This document shows positions 13,305-24,389 of a stretch of 64,000 nt of DNA, one piece after another. The stretch is from Lama glama. Its lineage: Eukaryota. Position numbers and translations under genes: made by a program. The notes beneath the pieces were generated by a model, which did not search any database, was not told where the DNA came from, and worked only from the letters and a program-made list of their open reading frames with translations. Location of the stretch: the NCBI GenBank assembly GCA_028534125.1, contig CM052832.1, positions 15,626,001 to 15,690,000 on the forward strand, in the 5' to 3' direction. Numbering within the stretch: position 1 is the stretch's first letter; the number at the start of each line of letters is the position of its first letter.

Positions 13305-13430
13305 CCTCTTACAGTTCTTTGTATTTCTGTGGTATTGGTTGTAATTTCCCCATTTTCCTTTTTCATTTTGTTTATTTGTGTTCTCTCTCTTTTCTTCTTG
13401 GTAAACCTGGCCAGAGGTTTGTCAATTTTT
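13305..13430 (-). mobile_element. Short, well-preserved L1 ORF2 fragment (antisense)
   Basis: Minus strand encodes ..KENGEITTNTTEIQRTVR, the L1 ORF2 G.ITT..TEIQ motif. Confidence 0.8.
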
Positions 13431-13449
13431 GATTTCCTGATTAGAATGG

Positions 13450-13920
13450 TATGTTAGTTTGCTAGGTTAGGTACATAACAAAGTACCACTAACAGGATGG
13501 CTTAAACAATAGAAATTTATTGCCTCATAATTCTGAAGCTTAGAAGTCTGAAATCAAAGTGTTGGCAGGGTTGTTTCTTTCTGAGGACTGTGACAGAGTA
13601 GTTTGTTCCATGACTCTTTCCTAGCAGAGTAGTCTGTTGGTTTGCTGGCAATTTTTGGTGTTCCTTGGCTTGTAGACACATCAACCCTATCTCTACCTTC
13701 ATGTTCACCTGGTGTTCTCATTGTATGCATGTATGTGCCCAAATTTCCCCTTTTTATAAGGACATCAGTCATATTGGATTAAAGATTTACCTGACTGCAG
13801 TATGACCTCTTCTTAATTTAATGAATCACATCTGCAACAACTCTATTTCCAAATAAGGTCATATTCTGAGATATGGGGAGTTAGGGCTACAATATCTGAA
13901 TTTTGGAGTGACACCTATAA
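13450..13920. mobile_element. MLT1C/D-like LTR
   Basis: GGCTTAAACAATAGAAATTTATT..GAAGTCTGAAATCAAAGTGTTGGCAGGG..TATTTCCAAATAAGGTCATATTCTGAG. Confidence 0.8.
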
Positions 13921-14341
13921 CTTATGGTTATATTGGAGTTGAGAGAAACAAATATAGCAAAACGTTGACAAATGGGGAATTAGGGTGAAAAAGATGCCAG
14001 AGTTCCTGATATTGTTTGCAATTACTTCAAAAGACTTTTTTTATACAATCAAGTGCTAGGTTTATGTATTATACAAGATCTTAGTGCTGAACCTACCATG
14101 GGGAAGGAACTGTATGAAGATGATAAAGATGTTTGGGTGCCCTTATTGCAAACTTGCCTGAGACACAAGTGAGGGTATCAGAAATCAATACATTATATTT
14201 ACACAGCAGTTCATAATTTATTTATAAAAAAACCAAAAAACGAAACCACCTTATTCATGACAACTCTGGAGCAAGTTTTTCAATTTTATAAAAAAACTAA
14301 AGAAAAGTCAGGTGACTTGCCCAAGGTCTTGTTCACACAAC

Positions 14342-14680
14342 TGTTAAAAATAAACTGAGGCATGTTAAAAATTTGAGTTATTTGAGCAAAAATGCATTGG
14401 AATGGGGTAGAGTCAAACCAGAAGTTGTTGTGAGCTTTCCTCAGATCTGAGCCCTGGGAAAGGCTTAAGTGGAGAAAGTGTGGAAGCAGAGAAAGGAAAT
14501 TATTTCATTGGCTGTAGATTAAAACCTACCTAGTTGGCTGTGTGTGATTGGTTGCCCTTTACCATTTTGATTACATAAGCTTGAGGCCTGGATGGGTTTA
14601 GACTTTGGCTTGCTAAGATAGGCTGCCACGACGTTAGAGCTCCCTCAGTTTAATGGCCTCCTTGTTTAATTAATTTAACA
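14342..14680. mobile_element. Solo LTR (ERV1-class by its 4-bp TSD) inserted in a MIR
   Basis: Termini TGTTAAA...TTTAACA (7-bp inverted), flanked by direct repeat CAAC (14338-14341, 14681-14684); the flanks resemble a MIR core. Confidence 0.7.
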
Positions 14681-15863
14681 CAACTAGTGACTCGTTCGGA
14701 CCCGGATCCAGGCTTTTTGATTCGTAATGTGACCTCCTGTGGTGGAGCACACGATAATATGAGTTGACTGTAAACAAAATTGTGACATCATTTGTACCAT
14801 TTTGGGGTAAACAAGGTCTTTCCAAGAAAACAATGTCTTATTAAAATCAAAATGGGGTTTTAGGTAACAGACCCTTGAAGCGCCAGATATGAGGTCCACT
14901 ACCTCAAGCGCCGCTTCCTCTGCTGTCCGCACTTCATCCAACAACCACTACTTTTGGGAGGTGGGGAGGTGGCCCGCAGGTCTCCATACGGACTTTGATT
15001 TCCCTCAAGAACCTGGTCAAAGTGGCTTCAACCTTTGCCCCAAGACAGCCTCTTGGAAATTTCCCACGAGCAACTCAGATCAGGACTCCTAAAACAAAAC
15101 CTCAATCTTCCTTCTTACTGCCCCAACAGTTAAGTCTCAATCATTTACCCTCGCCCCGCTGACCAATCAAGGTTTTCTCTTTTTATAAACTTCCGCTTGG
15201 GCTCCTGAAGCCCAATTATAATTATCCTCAAAGTCTGGAAGACAGCCGGCTGGGTTTCTGCGCTGCAATCTTTGTCGGCCTGCAGACTTGAAGAACTACG
15301 CCTGCGCCGACTGGAGCCACCTCTGCACAACCCTCCCCCTTCCCATCCCTCCCGCTGCCCATCCCACCCTCCCAATCCCGCCCACCCGCCTAGGTTAGGA
15401 GAGTTCCTTCCCACCCCCCACCCCCGCACTGTTAATGCCAGAATGGACTTTAGATGATGCTTGATTGAGAGCCGCTTACAGTAGCATACTAGGTCCACTT
15501 GCTCATTCTCTGTAGGGGCCCAAGACCTTGAGCCTTAAGCCTAGAGACCCAGATTAACTTGGGCAGTTTCAGCTTGCATGTCTCTATGTTGGGCCTTCAG
15601 TTTCTGAAATATAGAATTATAAAATGCTAAAGCTGGGCAGACTTTAGGAATTATTTAATCCAGGCCATTCACATTGCACTGATTATTCCAAAGGCTCAGA
15701 AGCCCTACTCTCCTTTCTTTCTCTGTATGGGGGAATTGGGGTCAAGCCCCACAGGTGCAGAATTTACCAACACCATGCTCCTTAATCCTGGCAACGCTGA
15801 GTAAGGGCTTCCATCTTAGCCTCCCTGAGCCAGCCAGCTGTCAGAACCAGACTGTGGGCTAGG

Positions 15864-16106
15864 ATGGCCGAGGAGGAGGGTGATGTGGACGAGGAGGATG
15901 TGTTCCTTGCATTTGCCCAACGTCCCTCTCCTCCCAGGGGTCCTCTGCGTCGGGCCATGGATAAGGCCTTCTTTATCTTCCTGGTTCTCTTCCTGACACT
16001 ACTAATGCTGGAGGCTGTGTATAAGCTGCTGTGGCTGCTACCATGGGAAAAGTTTGGGGACTGGCTCCTGAGAACACCACAGAAGGAGGAGGAGCTGGAA
16101 TTGTGA
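15864..16106 (+). CDS. SMIM40: Small integral membrane protein 40 (80 aa, CDS within one exon)
   Basis: ORF MAEEEGDVDEEDVFLAFAQ...KAFFIFLVLFLTLLMLEAVYKLLWLLPW...QKEEELEL has one hydrophobic TM stretch and Kozak aggATGG. It matches my recollection of human SMIM40 and sits in the syntenic position upstream of DAXX. Confidence 0.9.
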   Translation: MAEEEGDVDEEDVFLAFAQRPSPPRGPLRRAMDKAFFIFLVLFLTLLMLEAVYKLLWLLPWEKFGDWLLRTPQKEEELEL

Positions 16107-16443
16107 CCCCTGTCCTATAAACATCCTCTTTCCCTGCAACGGAGGTGAGAGGGGAGACGGGTGAATGGCAATAGTTGGGGGCCGGGGAGGGACACTTGGA
16201 TAGCTTACAGCAGCTAGCTGTCTTAAAATTTCTGCATCTATACTCTGGGAAATAATTTTGAAAAACTTTGTACAAGTATTTTTAAGTGAGCATCTAAAAT
16301 TTTTCATCATAAATTAAAATTGTTTCAAGGATGTAATTCCTGGCATATAAAAATACTTACATTTTAAAATAAAACAATTAAATCAGTCTTTTGAATGTCC
16401 AAGGGAATTGAAACATCAGAACACATTTAAAAATATAATTGGG

Positions 16444-16528
16444 ATGTGGGGGAGCTCAGTACCTCCATTAAAAGTGGGGGATACCCAGTAACTCCATTAA
16501 AAAAAAAACTAATTACCCCCCCCCCACA
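16444..16528 (+). mobile_element. Internally deleted or rearranged camelid SINE
   Basis: GCTCAGTACCTCCATTAAAA joins head to end, then a second CAGTAACTCCATTAAAA and a tail unit; TSD ata(t/c)aattggga. Confidence 0.65.
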
Positions 16529-16638
16529 AATACAATTGGGAATCTTCCCTTTTCTTCTTCCATCATTCCTTTTCTTCCAGAACTCCTGTTACCATTCTAT
16601 TTCCCTACAGACAATTTTATGCTTTTATACTTGAAAGC

Positions 16639-16724
16639 TTTTTTTTTTTAATGGAATTGAGGGTTGAACCCAAGACCTCATACATGCTAAGCATGCGATC
16701 TACCGCTGAGCTATTTCCCTCCCC
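16639..16724 (-). mobile_element. Camelid tRNA-derived SINE
   Basis: Reverse-strand head; TSD acttgaaag. Confidence 0.88.
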
Positions 16725-18149
16725 AACTTGAAAGTCTTTTTATTGACCTATCTATCAAACTTTCCTGCATATGTATTAACTGAAATGAAAATTATTTTTC
16801 TTTCTTGTAACCATATGACTCTAGCTTTTTAGAAAAATTTCTTCTGGGTTATCATTACAATTATAAGAGCAGAACTGGTCAAATAGCATAAAGATTGTAC
16901 AAACTCATAATTGTTAAAATAAAAAATAATATTTTAAATGACATAGATGAGGTGGTGCTTATGGTGGTTTGATAAAGAACCTGGCTACATGTCTATTTAA
17001 GACAAGGTAAGATTATCCCCAGGAGATTTCATGGTTGAGACTATACTTTTTCTTTTTAAAGAGGGAAAAAGTCTATTGTAAAAGGGAAAAAGAAGGAGAA
17101 GCTCTACTGCAGGCATTTACTCAGGAAGACAAATTTTGGGAAAGCTGAGGCTCTGGAAATTAAATCCCTTATAGCTTCCAAATCCAAGTACCCTTTGGAG
17201 TGTTTTCATGTTCCCCAATTTGAAGACTATAGGCTTAGACTATTGGAGGGAAGTGGGATTCTTTAACGGAAGGGAGGGTTTGAGGTTCTGGGACTCTGAG
17301 AGCTTGGGGATGTAAGGGTCTGTGGTCCTAGAAAGATGCTCACCATTTGTGGAATGCGCAGTGATGCAGGAAGTGGGAATCTCAGGGACTGGAACCGTGT
17401 TAACCTTTTCGGTTTCCCCAGAAGCTCACGTTTGGACCCAGCTTTGCCTCCACGAGTCCCTCTAGTGTCCCTAAAGCTGGGCTAGGTGGGGATGCGGGCG
17501 AGGTGGGCGTTAAAGTCCGTTTCTTCTCTCATGTTCTTTCATCAGCTCTCCCAGAGGAAAAGGAGACGAGACTCGAGGTATTTTATGAGCCTCATTTCGT
17601 CTCACAGCTCTCACAGCGGCAATTTGCACAGATTCTCCTGAGTCTCCGCCCTACATTGCCCGTCCTCAGGCCGTGGAGCTCCTGGACAAAGCACAGCCTA
17701 CTGGTTATCACCGCCTGTGCCTCGAGGACCTCCTCCAGAAAAGGACAGAGAACCACCTAGGTCCCTACTTGGTTGGTCATTAGTCTGTGGTGGAGCTTGA
17801 AAAGCAAAACCAACAACAATAGCAATAATAACACCACCACATATGTATAGCGCGTTGTGCTCATTTGCATGCATGTATTGTGATTTCACGACTGGGAGAT
17901 GTTGGCACCTGGATGTAGAAATAGCTGCTGGACAGCGGCAAGGGAGCGCGCAGCCCGTAGAAGGGAATGGCAGGTACAGTCGATTAAGCCGTGGAAACTA
18001 CCTGGCAGGTAGGAAAATAGCACTAGAAGTCTTGTCAAAAGCCCAGCGGATGGAAAAGGTTTCATTTCCTTCTTAAGAGACTCCCGACCTTCCTTGCATC
18101 CCTATGCAGCCATGGAGGGCCCAATTCTTTAGCTGCCCTGTTGCGTTCC

Positions 18150-18800
18150 CCCCTCCCGTACTTGGAAAGGTGGCTCAGTCCTCCCTGCATGCGACTCGTG
18201 GGCGGTTGGGCCGGACGCGGGAAGTTTCTGATTGGCGGAGTCGCAGAAGCACCGGATGAAAAGAGCTTAATCCCCGCGGCGCGCCCCAGTTCAGGCGTAG
18301 CTAACGCCGTATGGCAAAATGGCGGCCCCCAGGTACTTTGGGACCCCCTGAGGTGACAAATCCTCCCCCAGCAGGTCAGGGGGAAGGGAGCCGCTGACAA
18401 TATGGGCGGCACTGGAAGCGCTCGGGGGGCGGGCCTACCGCGACTTCCGGCCACGGGGGATTCCGTGCGATAATATGGCCGCTCCCAGGTGCCTGTAGGC
18501 GGAAACTCCTAAGACTTCCGGTCCGGAGTGGGGCCTGCGGTGGGAGGGGGAAGGAAGGCGGAGGGAACCATGCGAGGTTCTGAGATCGGCGGCGAGGGTC
18601 GCCTCGAGAGACCGTTTCTGAGGTGGGGGCCCGACGGTGCTGAGAGCAAAGGCGGGGGCGGGAATGTCGAGGGAGAGGTACTGGGGAGTCCCGGGCTCTG
18701 AGTCTGAGGGGCAAGCTGTAGTACCTTCCTTCCTATCCCTGAAGGGGAGTGGGGCGGCCGGGGGCTGAACTGGGGGCGGGGGACTTGGCGGGAAGCTCAT
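18150..18800 (+). promoter_or_regulatory. DAXX: DAXX CpG-island promoter and non-coding exon 1 (donor GAG|gtgggg after 18622)
   Basis: CpG-rich, with ETS-type CTTCCGG motifs, a GC box GGGGCGGG, ATTGG and a YY1-like AAAATGGCGGC. The exon 1 end ...TTTCTGAG joins to exon 2 GAATT.. as in the human mRNA as I recall it. Confidence 0.8.
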
Positions 18801-19567
18801 CTAGGTTAAGGGGCCGGACTCAGGGCTGGAATCTGAGAGGATTCAGGAGAGCCCAGTGCGGGGCTCACGATCAGTTACAGGTCACAGGGAGAGAATGAGG
18901 AAAATTAGGGTGGGGTGAGAGGGAGGGGACTTGAGGTGAAACATCTCCAACCTAATGCCCCGGTTTGAGGAGACCCATCAGAGGGTGGAATATGGAGATA
19001 ATTTAAGCAGGAAAAAAGGGAATGGATTGTTGGGAGGGAACCTCCTTCGCCCCAGAGAGTCTAGGAGTTGGGGTGATCCTTCAGGTTGGGGTGAGGATGT
19101 GGATTTGATGTGTGTGAAAGCAGAGGGGATAACACGTGAGGTAATGCCACCCGGGGTGTGGTATCTGTTCAAGAGGATGTCAAGGAAATCTGGAGTGCAA
19201 TGTGAGAGATGGTCCAGAGATTGAGAGTAAAAGTCAACTTGCCAACTATGAGAAATAGAGAAACACAACCGAAAGACCGGATATCGACGTGAGGGGTGGA
19301 GCTGGGGGTGGGACTTGAGGTTTTCAGACAGTTTGGGGCTCCCACAGTAAAGGTACAGAAAAACATATGGTACTAATGGTTGCTGAACACAGGCAGTGAG
19401 GACACTGTTGAGCATGGCTGGGTGTTTTTGAAACCCAGGAAGACTGGAAAATGTGTGAGATGAAGGGATGGGGCTGTGCTGGAGGGGCTCTTTCTGAGGC
19501 CCCATCCCCTTCCAGCAGGAATTACGAAATCCCCAACACTTCCTCCCTCCGGGGGATTTGATCCCCC

Positions 19568-22500
19568 ATGGCCACCGCTAACAGCATCATCGTGCTGGAT
19601 GATGATGATGAAGACGAAGCAGCTGCTCAGCCAGGGCCCTCCCACCCACCCCCCAATCCGGCCTCACCCGGGGCAGAAGCCCCTGGCTCCTCCCAGCCCC
19701 ATGGGGCCAGAGGAAGCAGTAGTTCGGGCGGCAAGAAATGCTACAAGTTGGAGAATGAGAAGCTGTTTAAAGAGGTGAGCTTTAGGGGAGAAGATTCTTG
19801 TACTCCAGGGAGGGGGATGGCTGACTGGCTCTCCTATCCTTTCTTCCCCACTAACCCCACCACGCCTTCTTTCTCTCAACCCCATCCCTTGTCTCTTTCC
19901 CCCTCCCCTTTTCCCCTGAACCCTCCAGTTCCTTGAACTGTGTAAGACGCAGACAGCGGACCACCCTGAGGTGGTCCCATTCCTCTATAACCGGCAGCAG
20001 CGTGCCCACTCTCTGTTTTTGGCCTCCGCGGAGTTCTGCAACATCCTCTCTCGGGTCCTCTCTCGGGCTCAGAGCCGACCAGCTAAGCTCTATGTCTACA
20101 TTAATGAGCTCTGCACTGTCCTCAAGGCCCACTCAGCCAAGAAGAAGCTGAACCTGGCCCCTGCTGCCACCACCTCTGGTGAGCCCTCTGGGAATAACCC
20201 TCCCACAGACTCCTCCTCGGACCCCACAAATGCTGAGACCACTGCCTCTGAGGCCCCAAGGACCCGTGGTTCCCGGCGGCAGATCCAGCGCTTGGAGCAG
20301 CTGCTAGCACTCTATGTAGCGGAGATCCGGCGGCTGCAGGAAAAGGAGCTGGATCTCTCAGAACTGGACGACCCAGACTCCACTTACCTGCAGGAGGCAA
20401 GGTTGAAGCGTAAGCTGATCCGCCTCTTTGGGCGGCTGTGTGAGCTGAAAGACTGCTCTTCACTGACAGGCCGGGTCATAGAGCAGCGCATCCCCTATCG
20501 TGGTACCCGCTACCCAGAGGTGAACAGGCGCATTGAGCGGCTCATCAACAAACCAGGGCTTGATACCTTCCCTGACTATGGAGATGTGCTGCGGGCCGTA
20601 GAGAAAGCAGCTGCTCGGCACAGTCTTGGCCTCCCCCGACAGCAGCTCCAGCTGATGGCTCAGGATGCCTTCCGAGATGTGGGCATCAGGTTACAGGAGC
20701 GTCGCCACCTCGATCTCATCTACAACTTTGGCTGTCACCTCACAGATGACTATAGGCCAGGTAGGCATTAGTGAGATACCCATAAGTAACCCTAGTATGT
20801 CAGGTGTGTGGTGGAGGAGGCATCTCTCTAGTCCCTCCTTCTGGGTTGGGTTCTGGGTGACTGCTCTGACTTTATGTCTTCCCACATAGGCATTGATCCC
20901 GCACTGTCAGATCCTGTCCTCGCCCGGCGCCTGCGGGAGAACCGGAGCTTGGCTATGAGCCGTCTGGATGAGGTCATCTCTAAATATGCAATGATGCAAG
21001 ACCAGAGTGAGGAGGGCGAGAGACAGAGGAGAAGAGCCCGGCTCCCCCAAGCCACCTCTTCCCAATCTGTAGATCCCCCCAAAGCCTCCCTGGATTCTGG
21101 TGAGGTATGGAAGGGAAACACCCTTCAGAGACCCTATCCTTTCCCTGCACTGGCCAGGAGGGAGTCCATGGTGACTGATAGGGAAGTGTGCAGAAGGAAC
21201 ACAAGAACCAGCCCCTCTAGGGCAAGGGATTCCTTAGAGAAACTCCTTTGTTCCCTGTAGGGCCCTAGTGGGATGGCATCCCAGGAATGCCCTACCACCT
21301 CCAAGGCTGAGACAGATGATGAAGAAGATGAGGAAAGTGAGGAGGAGGAGGAGGAAGAGGAGGAGGAGGAAGAAGAGGAGGAAGAAGAGGAGGAGGCTAC
21401 AGATTCTGAAGAAGAGGAGGATCTGGAACAGATGCAGGAAGGTCAGGGGGACGATGAAGAGGAGGAGGAGGAGGAAGCAGGTATGTCAAGGACAGTCTTC
21501 CCATGTGTCAGTTCCCTCTGCTCTTGGGCATGAGCCCCCTGTTTGAGAACCTTCCCTTCCTCCTCTTTCTCCTAGTGTCCTCTCAGCAGTTTTCTCTCCC
21601 CTAGTTCTTCTGTTACCTCTCTCCTCTTTACTTCTTTTCCAGGTAAGGATGGAGATAAGAGCCCCATGTCCCTGCTACAGATCTCCACCGAAAAGAACCT
21701 GGAACCTAGCAAAGGGATCAGCAGGTCTTCAGGGGAGCAGCAAAACAAAAGACTCGCAGTGTCACCATCTTCACTGTCAGAAGAGCCCCCAGCCCTCTCT
21801 AGCATAGATGCTGAAAGCAATGGAGAACACCTCGAAGAGTTGCCCCTGCAGGAAGAGAGCCCTATGTCTCAGCTCTTTGAGCTAGAGATTGAAGCCTTGC
21901 CCCTGGATACTACCCCTTCTCCTGAGGAGAGGGATGTTTCCTCTTCCAGGAAGCAATCAGAGGAACCCCTCACCACTGTTTTGGAGAATGGAGCAGCCAT
22001 GGTCACCTCCACTTCCTTCAATGGAGGGGTCTCTCCTCACACCTGGGGAGATGCCAGTCCTCCCCGGAAGAAATCTCGGATGGAGAAGGAAACAGAAGCA
22101 GGGCCATTAAGAAATAGGTAACAGCAACAAGGAGAGGGAAGAGGGAAGCCAAGGAGGGACTCCAGGGGCCTTTTTTCTGAGAGGAATGTTGTGGAACTGG
22201 GTCTGCTGGGAGAAACTGAACACTCCCCCTCCAGCCTCAGGCTCCTCAGACACCTCCACACCTTTATGTTTCTGTCCCTAGCTATGTGGAAAGGCAAAGG
22301 GCATTGCGTGGGAAGAATGGGAAGAAGACATGTACGCTGCCCAGCCCACCTTCCCCCTTGGCTTCCATGGCTCCAGTTGCTGATTCCTCAACGAGGGTGG
22401 ACTCTCCTAGCCATGGCCTGGTGACCAGCTCCCTCTGTAGTCCATTTCCACCCCGGTTGTCCCAAACCCCCCAATCACAACCCTCCAGGCCTGGTACTTA

Positions 22501-22763
22501 TAAGGTAAGAGGCGGACACTTTTCCTGACTTCATTCTCTCTCATTGTTCTCTTTTGGGTTCTCTGAATATTGCACCCACCACGTCCTTTTGCTTCCTTTT
22601 TTCCCACCCCAATTTTTAATCTCTGATAAGTCTTTCCCTCTGCTTCTCGAACTCCCACTATGTTCCAGACTTCTCTGACTTTTTGTCTCTCACTCCCCTG
22701 CAGATGAGTGTGGCCACACAGTGCGATCCAGAGGAGATCATCGTTCTCTCAGATTCTGATTAG
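19568..22763 (+). CDS. DAXX: Death domain-associated protein (H3.3 chaperone), 743 aa
   Basis: Coding exons 19568-19774, 19929-20760, 20890-21104, 21261-21480, 21643-22117, 22282-22504, 22704-22763; all GT-AG with consistent phases (2232 nt). Contains N-terminal SIM (IIVLDDDD), helical bundle, histone-binding domain, poly-E tract and C-terminal SIM (EEIIVLSDSD). Confidence 0.98.
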
Positions 22764-22917
22764 CTGCCTCCCCCTCCTCCCTGCCTACAAAATGTTTTGG
22801 AATAGTATTTGGAGGATGGTGGGAAGCAGACGACAGAGGAAGGGATGGACTGAGCTAATCCCCTTTTGGTGGTTTCTTTTTTTAAAAAAAAAGGCTTAAG
22901 TTTTACACAGAAACATT

Positions 22918-22930
22918 AATAAACAATAAA
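22918..22930 (+). terminator. DAXX: DAXX polyadenylation signals (tandem AATAAA)
   Basis: AATAAA at 22918 and 22925, followed by a T-rich downstream element. Confidence 0.8.
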
Positions 22931-23179
22931 GTTCTTTTCTTATTGTACCCCTGTCTTTTCCTCGTCCTGCTCTCACCAGCTCGTGATTGGCACCAGCTGT
23001 TCTCCGGTTTAGAGTTAGCCTGCCTCCTGGGTAGCCCGGGATCTGTCCTTTCTAGCTACCTTTAGCACGCCTTTCTTGGGATTTCCTCGCCCTCAGGCCT
23101 TCCCCTTGCCCTCTGCTAGGCACTAAAAAAATGTGCTTCAGCTTCTTGAACGCGCTTTACTTTCTCACTTCGAGCGGTA

Positions 23180-23900
23180 GCAGTAAAAAGGCCAATCAGG
23201 GGCCTACTCAAGGTTATTTGGCCAATCCAGGCCCGGAGGAAGGGGGTGGGGTTTCTGGGGGACTGTCGGAAGCTGGGAGACCGGGGCGATTAGAGCCCGC
23301 AAATCTGCTAATGGCCACAGCTCGGGGGCGGAGCTCAGGCAGCGGTGGCCAGGACCCATCGCCAATGGGAAGAGGCAGGCTTACCGAATTAAAAGGGAAT
23401 GAGAGCTTCGGCCGAACCAAGCCCTAAGTCCTCAGCAGCGGAAGAGACCTGGTACCTTTAAGGTGGAATGAGACAACTGTTCTTTAAAGGCGAAGTGGCC
23501 GAGTCGGCCAAGTATTGCCCAGCGGCTCGGGTGGGGGAGCCCGCCTGTGCCTTTAAAGCCGGAGGGGCGGGAGGCGGAGCGGAGGCGGAGGGCGGAGGGA
23601 GTCGGCGCAAGATGGCGGCGGGAGGGGCCCAGGCTGCGGCTCTGGCCGCCGAGTGAGGGGCGGGGGGGCCCGGGGGCGCGCGGCCCGGTAAGCGGGGACG
23701 CGCGGGGTTGGGGGGCGCCTTCCGGGTGGGAGAGGAGGTCAAAGTAGCGCTTGGGGCGGAGCAGAGGGGGGCGGGGTCCGATGTGGGCGGGGGAAGGCAA
23801 GGGGCGGGGCCAAAAGAGCTACGGGGCGGATCTTGAGAAGGGCGGGGCCTAATGGGCGGGGTTATGGGTAACTGGGGGCAAAGGGGCGTGGCTGGCGAAA
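23180..23900 (+). promoter_or_regulatory. ZBTB22: ZBTB22 CpG-island promoter and exon 1 (donor after 23652)
   Basis: Several CCAAT boxes, many GC boxes, YY1 motif CAAGATGGCGGC and donor GA|gtgagg. The acceptor ttctctttccag at 24320 precedes the CDS. Confidence 0.75.
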
Positions 23901-24099
23901 GAGCCAGGGGGCATAGCCTGAAGGGACATGGGAGAGAGGGGTGGTTTTCAGTACCGGAGCCCACTTGCCCCCCTCCCAAGAAAAGGGTGCAACACACCAA
24001 AAAGGTAAATTTTGGAAAATCAGGCTCTAAGGCAAATGGGAATTTCTGAGGGGAGGCACCCCACTCCCCAGGAGCACCTTATTTCTCTAATGTCCAAGA

Positions 24100-24290
24100 A
24101 AAGAGCATTGGATTTGGAGTTAGGGCCCTGCCACTTACTGATGTGACCTTGGATAATCTCTTAATCTTTCTGAGCCTCAGTTTGCTCATCTGTCAAGTGA
24201 GGTTGAAAGGAATCGCTATCTTATAGTATTGTTGTGGGGAGTTACTCAGACAATAAGCTTGAACATGTTTTTAAACTGTCATTATGAGAT
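24100..24290. mobile_element. MIR in ZBTB22 intron 1
   Basis: TGTGACCTTGGATAA..TCTGAGCCTCAGTTTGCTCATCTGTCAA MIR core. Confidence 0.75.
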
Positions 24291-24389
24291 GTTATCATTG
24301 GTCTCTCTTTCTCTTTCCAGAGACCCCCCCGGCCGCCCTCCTTCTTCTCTTGCTCCTGTGGCTGGGGGGGTACCTCTTCCCTCCACACC

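Noticed and set aside
18978..19505. 175-aa antisense ORF in DAXX intron 1
   Set aside because: No homology recognised; composition is not gene-like.
23432..24000. Long Pro/Ala/Arg-rich ORFs over CpG islands (also 36800-38400 and 54179-55121)
   Set aside because: Stop codons are scarce in GC-rich DNA, so such ORFs are expected by chance.
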